Assembly (NCBI GenBank): GCA_002482725.1
Contig: DLGO01000067.1
Coordinates: 1-40,213 of the forward strand
Direction of reading: 5' to 3'
Length of the DNA: 40,213 bases
Source of the DNA: Bacteroidetes bacterium UBA7692
GTDB taxonomy: Bacteria; Bacteroidota; Bacteroidia; Chitinophagales; LD1
Both the position numbers and the translations under genes were made by a program. Below are positions 17,357-27,995 of the stretch, piece by piece. Below the pieces are notes generated by a model that worked only from the letters and a program-made list of their open reading frames with translations, had not been told where the DNA came from and searched no databases. Each line of letters begins with the position of its first letter. The first letter of the stretch is position 1.

Positions 17357-19648
17357 GTGCGCAAAGACAAAAAGCATATACCAAAACAGCACAATCCGAA
17401 CAGACCCGCAAAACGCGAACGTGAACCGGATGCAAACAAACCGGCAAGGTCACTGAAACCACTACGAGAAGTAATGGCACATGTACAAGAGGCCATAACA
17501 GAACTGGGCGAAGGTGCCCTGCTACAAAAAGTGTACGATGTACTCGAAGAGCATTATAGCGAAAGCCAGGTAACCACAGCACTGGCGAAACTGGATACAA
17601 GGGGCGTAATAACCCTGGATGCCAATGGCAAAATTAAAATTCTGAAAGACGAGAAGGATGAAGCCGTATCTTCTTTCCGCGAGAAAAAGCCGGAAAAAAG
17701 AGGCCCTGCAAAAGGCCATGATGAACCAAGAACCGGCAAGGCTGAACCCAAAGGCGATATACGCGGCAGGGTAGACCTGACTAAGACAGGAGCGGCATAC
17801 GTAATAGTAGATGCCCAATGGAAAGACATATACATCAACAACCGCTACGTTAATGGCGCCTTGAATGGCGATGAAGTAATGGTAGAGATTTTCCGTCCGG
17901 TGAGGAACAAACCAGAAGGTAAAATTGTATCTATCGTAAAACGCAGCCGTGAGAGCTTTAGTGGCAAAATACAAATGCAGGAGAAGTTTGCGTTTCTGGT
18001 AGCTGATGATGAAAAGCTGCCGTTCGATATATTTATACCGGCCAAGAGCCTGATGGGTGCCAAGAACCAGCAACGCGTGATAGTGCGTGTTACAGACTGG
18101 GGCAGACCGGGTAAGAACCCTTCGGGAGAGGTGGTAGAGATAATAGAAGGCGCGCGCGCCAGCGACTACGATATGAAGATGATCCTGATTCAAAAGGGAT
18201 TCCATACCGAGTTTCCGCACGATGTATTAGAAGAACTTAACGGTATAAAAGATGAGATAAGTGCGGAGGAGATTAAATCCAGATTGGACCTTCGGGAAAC
18301 GCTGACCTTTACCATAGACCCGATAGATGCGCGCGACTTTGATGACGCTATATCTGTGAAATACCTGGATAATGGCAACTTTGAAATAGGGGTGCACATA
18401 GCAGATGTGGCGCACTATATTAAAGAAGGAAGCCCACTAGATAGGGAAGCCGAAAAACGCGCAACTTCGGTATACCTGCCGGACAGGGTTTGCCCTATGT
18501 TGCCGGAAAAGCTATCCAACGAGTTGTGCTCACTAAGGCCAAACGAGGATAAGCTTACTTTCAGTACCATTTTTGAGTTTGACAGCAAATTCAAAGTGCA
18601 CCATATTACTATTGGTAAAACCATTATCCATAGCAACCGCAGGTTTACCTATGAGGATGCACAGGAGGTAATAGAAACCGGGCAAGGCGACCATGCAGAG
18701 GAGATATTGCTGTTGAATGCAGTATCAAAAAGCATACGTGCCAAGAGATTCGAAAATGGCGCTATAGCATTTGAAAAGGACGAAGTACGCTTCCGCCTGG
18801 CAGAAGATGGTACACCATTGGACCTGTATGTAAAAACGCGTAAGGATGCTCACCTGCTGGTAGAGGATTTTATGCTGCTGGCAAATGAAACAGTAGCTAA
18901 ATTTGGTTCTAAAGTGCACGAAGGCAAGCATTACCCGTTTGTATACCGTATTCACGATGCGCCTGATGAGGCTAAGCTAAAACAATTCTCCATTGCCGCA
19001 CAGCGCTTTGGGTACAAACTAAGCTTCAAGAACCCGAGGCAGATAGCTGCCACCCTGAATGAGATGCTGAAAAAGATAGAGGGCAAACCGGAACAGCATG
19101 TACTGGAAAACCTAGCGATACGCACCATGGCAAAGGCTGCCTATACTACCAAGAACATAGGCCACTATGGTCTGGCAATAGAGCATTATACACACTTTAC
19201 TTCGCCAATTCGCCGCTACCCCGATGTAATGGTTCACCGCCTGGTACAGGAGTTGCTTACCACCGGTAAGCATCCTTTATCGGCAGATGATCTGGAGGCA
19301 CGCTGCAAAAACAGCTCGGTGATGGAGCGCCGGGCAATGGAAGCCGAGCGCGAAGCTACCCGCTACAAGCAGATAGAGTACCTGCAGGACAAGCTTGGTA
19401 CAGAGTATACGGGTATAGTTACAGGTGTAATAGCTCGTGGCTTGTTTGTAGAAATGGAAGAGATAATGTGCGAGGGCATGATCGGTGTGCAGAACCTTGG
19501 CAACGAGGAATTCATCTATGATGAGGAGCAACTTCACCTGAAAGGACGCAGCAGTGGGCGCAAGTTCCTGATGGGCGACAGATTGAAGGTGCGATTGGTA
19601 AGCGCAGATTTACCCACACGTAAAGTAGACCTAGATCTGATAGAATAA
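17357..19648 (+). CDS. rnr: ribonuclease R (RNB-family 3'-5' exoribonuclease with C-terminal S1 domain)
   Basis: RNB block HYGLAIEHYTHFTSPIRRYPDVMVHR and a C-terminal S1 domain (GIVTGVIARGLFVEM) are present. GTG start at 17357 gives a ~40-aa basic N-extension; an alternative ATG lies at 17474. Confidence 0.85.
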   Translation: MRKDKKHIPKQHNPNRPAKREREPDANKPARSLKPLREVMAHVQEAITELGEGALLQKVYDVLEEHYSESQVTTALAKLDTRGVITLDANGKIKILKDEKDEAVSSFREKKPEKRGPAKGHDEPRTGKAEPKGDIRGRVDLTKTGAAYVIVDAQWKDIYINNRYVNGALNGDEVMVEIFRPVRNKPEGKIVSIVKRSRESFSGKIQMQEKFAFLVADDEKLPFDIFIPAKSLMGAKNQQRVIVRVTDWGRPGKNPSGEVVEIIEGARASDYDMKMILIQKGFHTEFPHDVLEELNGIKDEISAEEIKSRLDLRETLTFTIDPIDARDFDDAISVKYLDNGNFEIGVHIADVAHYIKEGSPLDREAEKRATSVYLPDRVCPMLPEKLSNELCSLRPNEDKLTFSTIFEFDSKFKVHHITIGKTIIHSNRRFTYEDAQEVIETGQGDHAEEILLLNAVSKSIRAKRFENGAIAFEKDEVRFRLAEDGTPLDLYVKTRKDAHLLVEDFMLLANETVAKFGSKVHEGKHYPFVYRIHDAPDEAKLKQFSIAAQRFGYKLSFKNPRQIAATLNEMLKKIEGKPEQHVLENLAIRTMAKAAYTTKNIGHYGLAIEHYTHFTSPIRRYPDVMVHRLVQELLTTGKHPLSADDLEARCKNSSVMERRAMEAEREATRYKQIEYLQDKLGTEYTGIVTGVIARGLFVEMEEIMCEGMIGVQNLGNEEFIYDEEQLHLKGRSSGRKFLMGDRLKVRLVSADLPTRKVDLDLIE

Positions 19649-19682
19649 CAAATAGGAGAGAAGGATGTAAGGTTTAAAAACC

Positions 19683-20444
19683 TTACTCCTGGAACTTCTT
19701 GAATACAGGAATTACCCAGGCAACTTTGGCACTCAGGAACAGGTCAATACGGTTTGCTTTATCGGCACTGTTAGTATCAAAATTCCAGTTGCGCTGGCTT
19801 TTTGTAAAGCCGGCATCTACTTGAAATCCTCCATATAGGCTCACAAACTTTTTTCGCCTTAGCAGTATAGCACCTACGAATTGGGATACACATACACCGG
19901 AAGTTAACCGGTCGTATCCCTTGCGGTAGGTTTTATCCAGTTGTGGTATGGCTGCTGCCTTAGGGTCTATCAATATCTTGTGCTGCATAAAACCTATTCC
20001 TGTCATGAACAAAATTCCTGAATGGTTATCAGGGTTTTTACGCGAAAATGGAATTGTCTTGCCAATAAGTGCTTTTACAGTCATGCCCCTTTCCTGTAGG
20101 TAAACTGCTGTAAGTGAGTTGTCATTGGCATTAATAAAGTAGCCATCCGGTGTCGTTATCTTATCCAGTATGCCTTGTTCCTTTACAGTTTTTCCAAACA
20201 GGAAGGAGCCTTCTGCACCAACATGTATGTGGTGCTTGAACTGATATGTAAGCGCACCGCCGATACCACTGGTAAAGCCAAAACGCTTTGCCACATCTTT
20301 AAAAGGAAACATGGCAGTGTAGTGCGCTGTTATCAGCAAGGCATTACCATTGTTCTCCGTAGGGGTAACAAATGCTTTGTCGTCCTGTGCAGATAAATTG
20401 CAGCCAAAGGCAATAGACATAAAAATGATTAATACAGACCTCAT
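19683..20444 (-). CDS. hypothetical secreted/outer-membrane protein (253 aa)
   Basis: Signal peptide MRSVLIIFMSIAFGCNLSAQ, with alternating hydrophobic beta-strand-like segments. No catalytic motif recognised. Confidence 0.55.
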   Translation of the reverse strand: MRSVLIIFMSIAFGCNLSAQDDKAFVTPTENNGNALLITAHYTAMFPFKDVAKRFGFTSGIGGALTYQFKHHIHVGAEGSFLFGKTVKEQGILDKITTPDGYFINANDNSLTAVYLQERGMTVKALIGKTIPFSRKNPDNHSGILFMTGIGFMQHKILIDPKAAAIPQLDKTYRKGYDRLTSGVCVSQFVGAILLRRKKFVSLYGGFQVDAGFTKSQRNWNFDTNSADKANRIDLFLSAKVAWVIPVFKKFQE

Positions 20445-20486
20445 GTATGCAAAAGTATTATTTTCACGCGTCGTTTAAACAAAAGT

Positions 20487-21623
20487 ATGAAGGAAATACG
20501 CATGGTAGACCTGCAAGGGCAATACCATAAAATAAAACCCGAAGTAGATGCTGCCATGGCAGAGGTGGTGGAAAATACCCAATTTATTAAAGGACCACAG
20601 CTGAAAAAGTTTGAAGATAATCTGGCAAAATACCTGGATGTAAAACATGTAATAGGCTGTGCTAATGGTACCGATGCGTTGCAAATAGCCATGATGGCTC
20701 TTGGACTAGAGCCGGGCGATGAGGTTATAACGCCGGTTTTTACATACGCAGCTACTGTAGAAGTAGTGGCCTTGCTAAGGCTTGTTCCTGTGTTTGTAGA
20801 GGTGCATGCAGATACCTTTAATATAGATACTGATAAAATAGAAGCAGCAATAACGCCTAAAACAAAAGCGATAGTGCCGGTGCATCTGTACGGCCAGTGT
20901 GCTGATATGGAAAAGATACTGGCAATAGCTAAAAAGCATAACCTGTATGTAATAGAAGATGCGGCGCAGGCGATAGGTGCTGATTATACTTTCCGCAATG
21001 GTGAAAAGAAAAAATCAGGAACAATGGGTACCGTTGGGTGCACATCTTTCTTTCCGTCCAAGAACCTCGGCTGTTTCGGCGATGGAGGAGCGATGTTTAC
21101 CAATGATGATGCCTTGGCAGAAAAGTTGAAAATGGTGGCTAATCATGGGCAGAGTGTGCAGTATAAATTTGATGAAGTGGGTGTAAACTCCCGTTTAGAT
21201 ACTTTGCAAGCGGCTGTGCTGGATGTGAAACTAAAATACCTGGATGAATATGCGGATGCGAGGAGAAGGTGCGCTGATTTTTACGATGCTGCTTTTGCAG
21301 GCATTGAGGGTTTGCATATCCCGGTACGCGCTTCTTTTTCAACACATGTATTTCATCAGTATACTTTAACCCTGAAAAAGGGCAATCGGGATGAACTGAG
21401 GAAATACCTGAGCAATGAAGGAATACCAACGATGGTGTACTATCCATCGCCTATTCACCTGCAAAAAGCGTACAATCCTCTCAATTTGTGGAAAGAAGGT
21501 GACTTTTCTCTTTCAGAAAACCTTTGTAAAACAGTAGTTTCGCTGCCTATACATACAGAATTTAACGAAGAACAATTTTTCTATATCACAGAAAAGGTAA
21601 AAGGATACTTTTCATCATTATAA
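20487..21623 (+). CDS. DegT/DnrJ/EryC1/StrS-family PLP-dependent nucleotide-sugar aminotransferase (WbpE/ArnB-like)
   Basis: N-terminal MVDLQGQYHKIKPEVDAA...FIKGPQLKKFEDNLAKYL...CANGTDAL is the family hallmark. 378 aa. Confidence 0.85.
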   Translation: MKEIRMVDLQGQYHKIKPEVDAAMAEVVENTQFIKGPQLKKFEDNLAKYLDVKHVIGCANGTDALQIAMMALGLEPGDEVITPVFTYAATVEVVALLRLVPVFVEVHADTFNIDTDKIEAAITPKTKAIVPVHLYGQCADMEKILAIAKKHNLYVIEDAAQAIGADYTFRNGEKKKSGTMGTVGCTSFFPSKNLGCFGDGGAMFTNDDALAEKLKMVANHGQSVQYKFDEVGVNSRLDTLQAAVLDVKLKYLDEYADARRRCADFYDAAFAGIEGLHIPVRASFSTHVFHQYTLTLKKGNRDELRKYLSNEGIPTMVYYPSPIHLQKAYNPLNLWKEGDFSLSENLCKTVVSLPIHTEFNEEQFFYITEKVKGYFSSL

Positions 21624-21641
21624 ATTAAGGACACTCACAAA

Positions 21642-22952
21642 ATGAAAATTGCGGTAGTAGGAACAGGATATGTAGGTTTGGTTACAGGTACTTGTTTTGC
21701 AGAAACAGGGAATGATGTAGTTTGCATAGATATCAATGCAGAAAAGGTAAAACAGCTTCAAAATGGAGTTGTTCCGATTTTCGAACCGGAATTGGATATT
21801 TACTTTGAAAGAAATACCAAGCATGGTCGTCTGACCTTTACTACTTCGCTTGCTGAAGGTATAGAAGGCGCAAAGATTATTTTTCTTGCCCTGCCTACTC
21901 CCCCGGGAGAAGACGGTAGCGCAGATTTGAAGTATATACTTGGTGTGGCTAAGGATCTTGGACCCCTATTGAAAGAGTATACAGTAATAGTAAACAAGAG
22001 TACGGTACCGGTTGGTACTGCTGATAAGGTAAATGCTGTGATAGCACAAACTGCAAAAGTTGAATATTCGGTAGTGTCGAACCCTGAGTTCCTGCGTGAG
22101 GGTGTTGCGGTAGAGGATTTTATGAAGCCGGAAAGGGTAGTAGTAGGTACTAAATCGCAGAAAGCCCGCGAGTTAATGGAAGAACTTTATGAGCCATTTG
22201 TGCGTCAGGGCAATCCTATCATATTCATGGATGAGCACTCCGCAGAGGTAACTAAATATGCAGCAAATGCATTTTTGGCCACCAAGATTTCATTTATGAA
22301 TGAGATAGCTAATCTGTGTGAGCTGGTAGGTGCCGATGTAGACGAGGTGCGCAGGGGTATAGGAACAGACTCGCGCATAGGCAAGCGCTTCCTGTTTGCA
22401 GGAGTGGGATATGGTGGCAGCTGTTTTCCTAAGGACGTACAAGCACTACACAAAACAGCTCAGGAAAACAACTACAGCTTCGATATATTGAAGGCTGTAA
22501 TGGATGTGAATTACCGCCAGCGTGAATTGTTCTACAAAAAGATAGAGGCTAAATATGGCAAAGACCTGAGTGGAAAAACGATAGCCCTTTGGGGACTGGC
22601 GTTTAAGCCTAATACTGATGATATAAGGGAAGCTCCTGCATTATATATAATAGAGAAACTGTTGGAAGCAGGTGCTAAAGTGCGTGCTTATGACCCCGAA
22701 GCAATTGAAAATGTAAAACGTATTTTTGGAGAGAAGATATACTTTGCCAAAGATGAGTATGATGCGGTTGATACGGCAGATTTTCTGGTTATAGTTACCG
22801 AATGGAACGAGTTCCGCTCTCCTAATTTTGATAAGATAAAAGCAGCGCTTAAAGAATCTGTAATTTTTGATGGTCGTAATCTGTACGATAACGGTAAGAT
22901 GAGGGAATTGGGCTTTACTTATGATAGTATAGGAAGGGAAGTTGTTTCTTAA
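21642..22952 (+). CDS. ugd: UDP-glucose 6-dehydrogenase
   Basis: [29 protein letters not shown] and [17 protein letters not shown] are present. 436 aa. Confidence 0.9.
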   Translation: MKIAVVGTGYVGLVTGTCFAETGNDVVCIDINAEKVKQLQNGVVPIFEPELDIYFERNTKHGRLTFTTSLAEGIEGAKIIFLALPTPPGEDGSADLKYILGVAKDLGPLLKEYTVIVNKSTVPVGTADKVNAVIAQTAKVEYSVVSNPEFLREGVAVEDFMKPERVVVGTKSQKARELMEELYEPFVRQGNPIIFMDEHSAEVTKYAANAFLATKISFMNEIANLCELVGADVDEVRRGIGTDSRIGKRFLFAGVGYGGSCFPKDVQALHKTAQENNYSFDILKAVMDVNYRQRELFYKKIEAKYGKDLSGKTIALWGLAFKPNTDDIREAPALYIIEKLLEAGAKVRAYDPEAIENVKRIFGEKIYFAKDEYDAVDTADFLVIVTEWNEFRSPNFDKIKAALKESVIFDGRNLYDNGKMRELGFTYDSIGREVVS

Positions 22953-22972
22953 GCTTAAAAAGAAAGTGTAGA

Positions 22973-23938
22973 ATGAAAAAAGTATTAATAACAGGTGCGG
23001 CAGGATTTCTTGGTTCTCACCTGTGCGATAGATTTATAAAAGAGGGATACCATGTATTGGGTATGGATAACCTGATAACAGGTGACCTGCGTAATATTGA
23101 GCATCTTTTTAAGCTGGAACATTTTGAGTTCTATAACCACGATGTATCCAAATATGTACATGTGCCGGGTGACCTTGATTATATATTGCATTTTGCATCT
23201 CCGGCGAGCCCTATAGACTACCTTAAAATACCTATTCAAACACTGAAGGTAAGTTCACTGGGTACACATAATCTGCTTGGATTGGCCAAGGCAAAAGGTG
23301 CGAGGATACTGGTAGCCTCTACATCAGAGGTTTATGGTGACCCGCTTGTACATCCGCAAAACGAAGACTATTGGGGTAATGTGAATCCTGTCGGCCCACG
23401 CGGTGTTTATGACGAGGCCAAGCGTTTTCAAGAGGCAATAACAATGGCTTATCATACATTTCATGGTGTGGAAACGCGTATTGTACGTATTTTCAATACC
23501 TATGGTCCGCGAATGAGATTGAACGACGGACGTGTATTACCCGCATTTATTGGTCAGGCGCTCAGGGGCGAAGACCTTACTATGTTTGGCGATGGTTCCC
23601 AGACACGTTCATTTTGCTATGTAGATGATCTGGTAGATGGCATATACCGATTGCTGATGAGCGACTATGTGCAACCAATGAACATAGGCAACCCATCGGA
23701 GATAACCATAAGGGAGTTTGGCGAAGAGATATTGAAACTGACCGGTGCAAACCAGCAGTTGATATCCAAACCACTGCCAACCGATGATCCTAAGCAACGC
23801 AAGCCGGATATAACTAAGGCTCAGGAAATTTTAAAATGGGAGCCAAAAGTGAATCGTTCAGAAGGGTTGAAAATTACATACGAATACTTTAAGAACCTGC
23901 CTAAAGAGGAATGGTTTAAAGCACCTAAGTTCGACTAA
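22973..23938 (+). CDS. uxs: UDP-glucuronate decarboxylase (UDP-xylose synthase, UXS-type SDR)
   Basis: [20 protein letters not shown] and [40 protein letters not shown] are the UXS signature. Confidence 0.85.
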   Translation: MKKVLITGAAGFLGSHLCDRFIKEGYHVLGMDNLITGDLRNIEHLFKLEHFEFYNHDVSKYVHVPGDLDYILHFASPASPIDYLKIPIQTLKVSSLGTHNLLGLAKAKGARILVASTSEVYGDPLVHPQNEDYWGNVNPVGPRGVYDEAKRFQEAITMAYHTFHGVETRIVRIFNTYGPRMRLNDGRVLPAFIGQALRGEDLTMFGDGSQTRSFCYVDDLVDGIYRLLMSDYVQPMNIGNPSEITIREFGEEILKLTGANQQLISKPLPTDDPKQRKPDITKAQEILKWEPKVNRSEGLKITYEYFKNLPKEEWFKAPKFD

Positions 23939-23940
23939 TA

Positions 23941-24519
23941 ATGGAGAGTAAACCTTTTTCAGCTCATGAGACTGCCGTAATAGATGCAGGATGCACTATT
24001 GGCAACGGTACAAAAATATGGCATTTCAGCCATATAATGCCCAATTGCATAATAGGTGAAAATTGCAATATTGGTCAGAATGTGGTGATAAGCCCCGATG
24101 TAGTGCTGGGAAAGAACGTGAAGATCCAAAATAATGTGTCGATATATACAGGTGTAGTATGCGAGGATGATGTGTTTCTAGGGCCATCTATGGTTTTTAC
24201 CAACGTAATGAACCCGAGGAGTGCAGTAAACAGGAGGGGGGAATACCTGAAAACAACTGTAAAAAGGGGAGCCTCAATAGGAGCCAATGCTACCATAGTG
24301 TGCGGGCATGATATAGGTGAGTTTGCATTTATAGGCGCAGGCGCAGTTGTAACAAAGAATGTTCCCGCTTATGCATTGGTAATAGGAAACCCAGCCAGGC
24401 AAACAGGCTGGATGAGTGAATATGGGCATAAGCTAAAATTTGATGCAGAGGGAATAGCAATATGCCCGGAGAGCAAAGAAAAATATCAGCTAAAGCAGGG
24501 GGCGGTAACTAAAATTTAA
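23941..24519 (+). CDS. left-handed beta-helix sugar N-acetyltransferase (WbpD/WlbB-like, UDP-2-acetamido-3-amino-2,3-dideoxy-glucuronate N-acetyltransferase family)
   Basis: 192 aa hexapeptide-repeat protein. It contains IWHFSHI, KIQNNVSIY, GPSMVFTNVMNPRS and GNPARQTGWMSEYGHKL, closely matching the WlbB/WbpD pattern. Confidence 0.7.
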   Translation: MESKPFSAHETAVIDAGCTIGNGTKIWHFSHIMPNCIIGENCNIGQNVVISPDVVLGKNVKIQNNVSIYTGVVCEDDVFLGPSMVFTNVMNPRSAVNRRGEYLKTTVKRGASIGANATIVCGHDIGEFAFIGAGAVVTKNVPAYALVIGNPARQTGWMSEYGHKLKFDAEGIAICPESKEKYQLKQGAVTKI

Positions 24520-24577
24520 GCTCTTTTTATATATTGGCATTTATCAATCATTATCAATTGAAAAATAGTTAGCATTC

Positions 24578-25867
24578 ATGGTAGAAAGTTTACTTAGGAA
24601 AGAGAAGAAATTAGCTGTAATAGGACTAGGTTATGTTGGACTTCCTATTGCATTGGAGTTTTCGAAACATATATCTGTAATAGGATTTGATATAAATGAA
24701 AAGCGCGTTGAAATGATGCGCAATGGAGTAGACCCCAGCAATGAGCTGGAGGCGTCCGCCTTCGAAGGTACAGATATCTACTTTACCCATAAATTGGAGG
24801 AACTCCGCGATGCTAACTTTTTTATAGTAGCAGTGCCAACACCTGTTGATTCACATAATGTTCCGGACCTAAAGCCCGTACAATCGGCTTCTCGCACGAT
24901 TGGCAACGTGCTAAAGAAGGGTGATTATGTAGTGTATGAGTCTACTGTATACCCCGGTTGTACTGAAGATGATTGCTTGCCGATTCTGGAGGAATTGTCA
25001 GGATTGAAAATGGGTGTTGACTTCAAACTGGGTTATTCCCCTGAAAGGATAAACCCGGGAGATAAGGAGCATACCATCACTAAAATTTTGAAAGTGGTAT
25101 CTGGTTGCGATGAAGAATCGCTGGATGTAATAGCCAGGACTTATGAGATAATAGTAACAGCCGGTACGCACCGTGCAAGCTCAATAAAAGTAGCAGAGGC
25201 TGCGAAAATCATAGAGAACACACAGCGCGACGTGAACATTGCTTTGATGAACGAGTTGTCGTGCATATTCGATAAAATGGGAATCAATACTTATGAAGTA
25301 TTGGAAGCGGCCGGCACGAAATGGAACTTCCTCAAGTTTTTCCCCGGTCTTGTTGGTGGGCACTGTATAGGAGTTGATCCATATTATCTTACCTACAAAG
25401 CAGCGGAACTGGGTTATAAACCGGAAGTGATACTTGCGGGCAGGAAGATAAACGACTCTATGGGTGCTATTATCTCCAAGAAATTGGTTCAGCAACTAAT
25501 TAAACTGAATAAGCAGGTTGCACATACCCGTGTACTTGTAATGGGTGCCACTTTTAAAGAAAACGTAACGGATATCCGAAATTCAAAGGTAGTTGACGTA
25601 ATAAAGGAATTGCAAACTTATTCTGTTAACGTAGAGGTGTTTGATCCTTATGCAGATAACGAAGAGTTTGAGCATGAGTATGGAGTATCGCTGGTAAGCG
25701 AAGTAGCTAAGGGATATGATGCGGTAATAGTAGCCGTAAACCATGATCAGTTTGCTTCTTATGATGAGCCATTCTTTAGGTCGATAATTAAAGAAGACGG
25801 TATAATAGTAGATGTAAAAGGCGATTTGAGGAAGAAGCTTAAAGGATTGAGCTACTGGAGTTTATAA
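24578..25867 (+). CDS. nucleotide-sugar 6-dehydrogenase (UDP-GlcNAc/UDP-ManNAc dehydrogenase, WbpA/WecC/TviB family)
   Basis: LAVIGLGYVGLPIALEFSK, GGHCIGVDPYY and GATFKENVTDIRNSKVVDV are present. 429 aa. Confidence 0.8.
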   Translation: MVESLLRKEKKLAVIGLGYVGLPIALEFSKHISVIGFDINEKRVEMMRNGVDPSNELEASAFEGTDIYFTHKLEELRDANFFIVAVPTPVDSHNVPDLKPVQSASRTIGNVLKKGDYVVYESTVYPGCTEDDCLPILEELSGLKMGVDFKLGYSPERINPGDKEHTITKILKVVSGCDEESLDVIARTYEIIVTAGTHRASSIKVAEAAKIIENTQRDVNIALMNELSCIFDKMGINTYEVLEAAGTKWNFLKFFPGLVGGHCIGVDPYYLTYKAAELGYKPEVILAGRKINDSMGAIISKKLVQQLIKLNKQVAHTRVLVMGATFKENVTDIRNSKVVDVIKELQTYSVNVEVFDPYADNEEFEHEYGVSLVSEVAKGYDAVIVAVNHDQFASYDEPFFRSIIKEDGIIVDVKGDLRKKLKGLSYWSL

Positions 25868-25887
25868 TAATCTAATTAAAAGAATAG

Positions 25888-26964
25888 ATGAATCAGAAAT
25901 CTAAGATATTGATTACAGGTGGTGCGGGCTTTATAGGTTCTCATGTGGTACGGTTGTTTGTAACCAAATATCCTGAGTACACGATAGTGAACCTGGACAA
26001 GCTAACTTATGCAGGTAATCTGGAGAACCTGAAAGATATAGAGGATAAGCCTAACTACAAATTTGTAAAGGGCGATATCACAGATGCCGCTTTTATCAAT
26101 GAGCTGTTTTCGGCAGAGCAGTTTGATGGAGTGATACATCTGGCGGCAGAAAGCCATGTGGACAGAAGCATCAGCAATCCGCTGGAGTTTGTACAAACAA
26201 ATGTGATAGGTACGGTGAACCTGCTGAATGCTGCAAAGCAAACGTGGGGATGCAACAAGGATAAACCATTGCCAACGGATAAGCGCTTCTACCATGTATC
26301 TACGGATGAGGTCTATGGTTCATTGGGTGATGAGGGGCTGTTTACGGAAGAAACCGCTTATGACCCGCATAGTCCATACTCGGCATCCAAAGCGGCGAGC
26401 GACCATTTTGTAAGAGCATATTTTGATACGTACAATCTCCCTTGTGTTATATCCAACTGTTCTAATAATTACGGACCAAATCACTTTCCTGAGAAATTGA
26501 TTCCTCTTTGTATAAACAATATCAAAAACAATAAGCCATTACCAATATACGGCAAAGGCGAAAATGTCCGCGATTGGTTGTTTGTTGTAGATCATGCCCG
26601 TGCTATAGATGTGGTATTCCACAATGCGGCTAATGGCACAACATATAATATAGGTGGCCACAATGAGTGGACAAACATAGATGTCATCCGCCTGCTATGC
26701 AGAATAATGGATAAGAAGTTGGGTAGGGAAGAGGGTGAGAATGAGAAGCTAATTACCTTCGTGAAAGACCGTGCAGGACATGACCTTAGGTATGCCATAG
26801 ATTCTGCAAAGTTGCAAAATGAACTAGGCTGGAAGCCTTCGCTACAATTTGAAGAAGGATTGGAGTTAACTGTAGACTGGTACCTGAGCAATGAAGATTG
26901 GCTGAATAGCGTGACCAGCGGAGATTATAAGAAGTATTACGAAGGATTGTACCAGGACAGGTAA
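25888..26964 (+). CDS. rfbB: dTDP-glucose 4,6-dehydratase
   Basis: ILITGGAGFIGSHVV, YHVSTDEVYG and YSASKAASDHFVRAY are present. 358 aa. Confidence 0.9.
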   Translation: MNQKSKILITGGAGFIGSHVVRLFVTKYPEYTIVNLDKLTYAGNLENLKDIEDKPNYKFVKGDITDAAFINELFSAEQFDGVIHLAAESHVDRSISNPLEFVQTNVIGTVNLLNAAKQTWGCNKDKPLPTDKRFYHVSTDEVYGSLGDEGLFTEETAYDPHSPYSASKAASDHFVRAYFDTYNLPCVISNCSNNYGPNHFPEKLIPLCINNIKNNKPLPIYGKGENVRDWLFVVDHARAIDVVFHNAANGTTYNIGGHNEWTNIDVIRLLCRIMDKKLGREEGENEKLITFVKDRAGHDLRYAIDSAKLQNELGWKPSLQFEEGLELTVDWYLSNEDWLNSVTSGDYKKYYEGLYQDR

Positions 26965-27009
26965 TATGTTTCTTTTAAAAAAGGTTTTATTTACAACAAA
27001 TAGCAGGCA

Positions 27010-27987
27010 TTGTACCAAACAGCATATCATAGCGAAGATATTTCGAAGTATTCCTTTCTGATAACCGGAGGGGCAGGATTTATAGGTTCGCACATAGCAG
27101 AATACCTGCTGAAGTTTGGTGCGAAGAAGGTACGCGTACTGGATAATTTTGTAACAGGGCGCAGGGAGAATGTTGAGCTTTTCAAGGCCAATGCAGAGTA
27201 TGAGTTTATAGAGGGCGATATAACAAACCTGGAAGATGGCCGTACTGCCTGCGAAGGAATAGACTTTGTATTGCATCAGGCTGCCCTGGGCTCTGTGCCA
27301 CGCTCGGTGGCTAATCCCATACCAACCAATGAGCATAATGTAGATGGATTCCTGAATATGCTGATAGCCGCCCGGGATGCCAATGTAAAGCGTTTTGTGT
27401 TTGCGTCTTCATCCAGCGTATATGGTGATGAACCTAATTTGCCAAAAGTGGAAAACCGCATAGGCAATCCATTGTCGCCGTATGCTGTAACTAAATATGC
27501 CAATGAGCTATACGCCAAAGTATTCTATACCAATTATGGTTTTGAAACCGTTGGCCTGCGCTACTTCAATATATTCGGCCCAAGGCAGGACCCTAACGGG
27601 CAGTATGCTGCTGTTATCCCTATTTTCGTAGATAAGATATTGAAAAGGGAAGCGGTATTCATCAACGGTGACGGCGAGCAAACAAGGGACTTTACCTTTG
27701 TAGAAAACGCTGTACAAGCAAATATAAGAGCGGCTTTTACTACGCATACAGAAGCTCTTGGCAGTGTTTTTAATATTGCTTTCAGCGAAAGCTATACTGT
27801 AAATCAGCTTTACTTCGATATCCAGAAATTACTGGGTAGCGACCACCTGCCCACATACCGCGAGCCCAGGCAGGGTGATATCCAAAACTCACTGGCAGAT
27901 ATATCTAAAGCAAACAGGCTATTGGACTATAAGCCATTATTCAGCTTTAGCGACGGGCTGAAAATCACTGTAGACTACTTTAAATAA
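27010..27987 (+). CDS. NAD-dependent nucleotide-sugar 4-epimerase (WbpP/TviC/Cap-like UDP-GlcNAc 4-epimerase family)
   Basis: FLITGGAGFIGSHIAEYLL...VLDNFVTGRRENV, ASSSSVYGDEP and PYAVTKYANELYAKVF are present. Confidence 0.8.
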   Translation: MYQTAYHSEDISKYSFLITGGAGFIGSHIAEYLLKFGAKKVRVLDNFVTGRRENVELFKANAEYEFIEGDITNLEDGRTACEGIDFVLHQAALGSVPRSVANPIPTNEHNVDGFLNMLIAARDANVKRFVFASSSSVYGDEPNLPKVENRIGNPLSPYAVTKYANELYAKVFYTNYGFETVGLRYFNIFGPRQDPNGQYAAVIPIFVDKILKREAVFINGDGEQTRDFTFVENAVQANIRAAFTTHTEALGSVFNIAFSESYTVNQLYFDIQKLLGSDHLPTYREPRQGDIQNSLADISKANRLLDYKPLFSFSDGLKITVDYFK

Positions 27988-27995
27988 CCCTTTAT

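Noticed and set aside
17522-19537. Minus-strand ORFs inside rnr (17522..18220, 17554..17841, 17845..18063 and others)
   Set aside because: Antisense to the RNase R frame, which has clear RNB and S1 motifs.
19649-19682. Terminator between rnr and the convergent 19683..20444 gene
   Set aside because: The palindrome GTAAGGTTT-aa-AAACCTTAC overlaps the stop of the minus-strand gene and lacks a U-tract. It is too weak to call.
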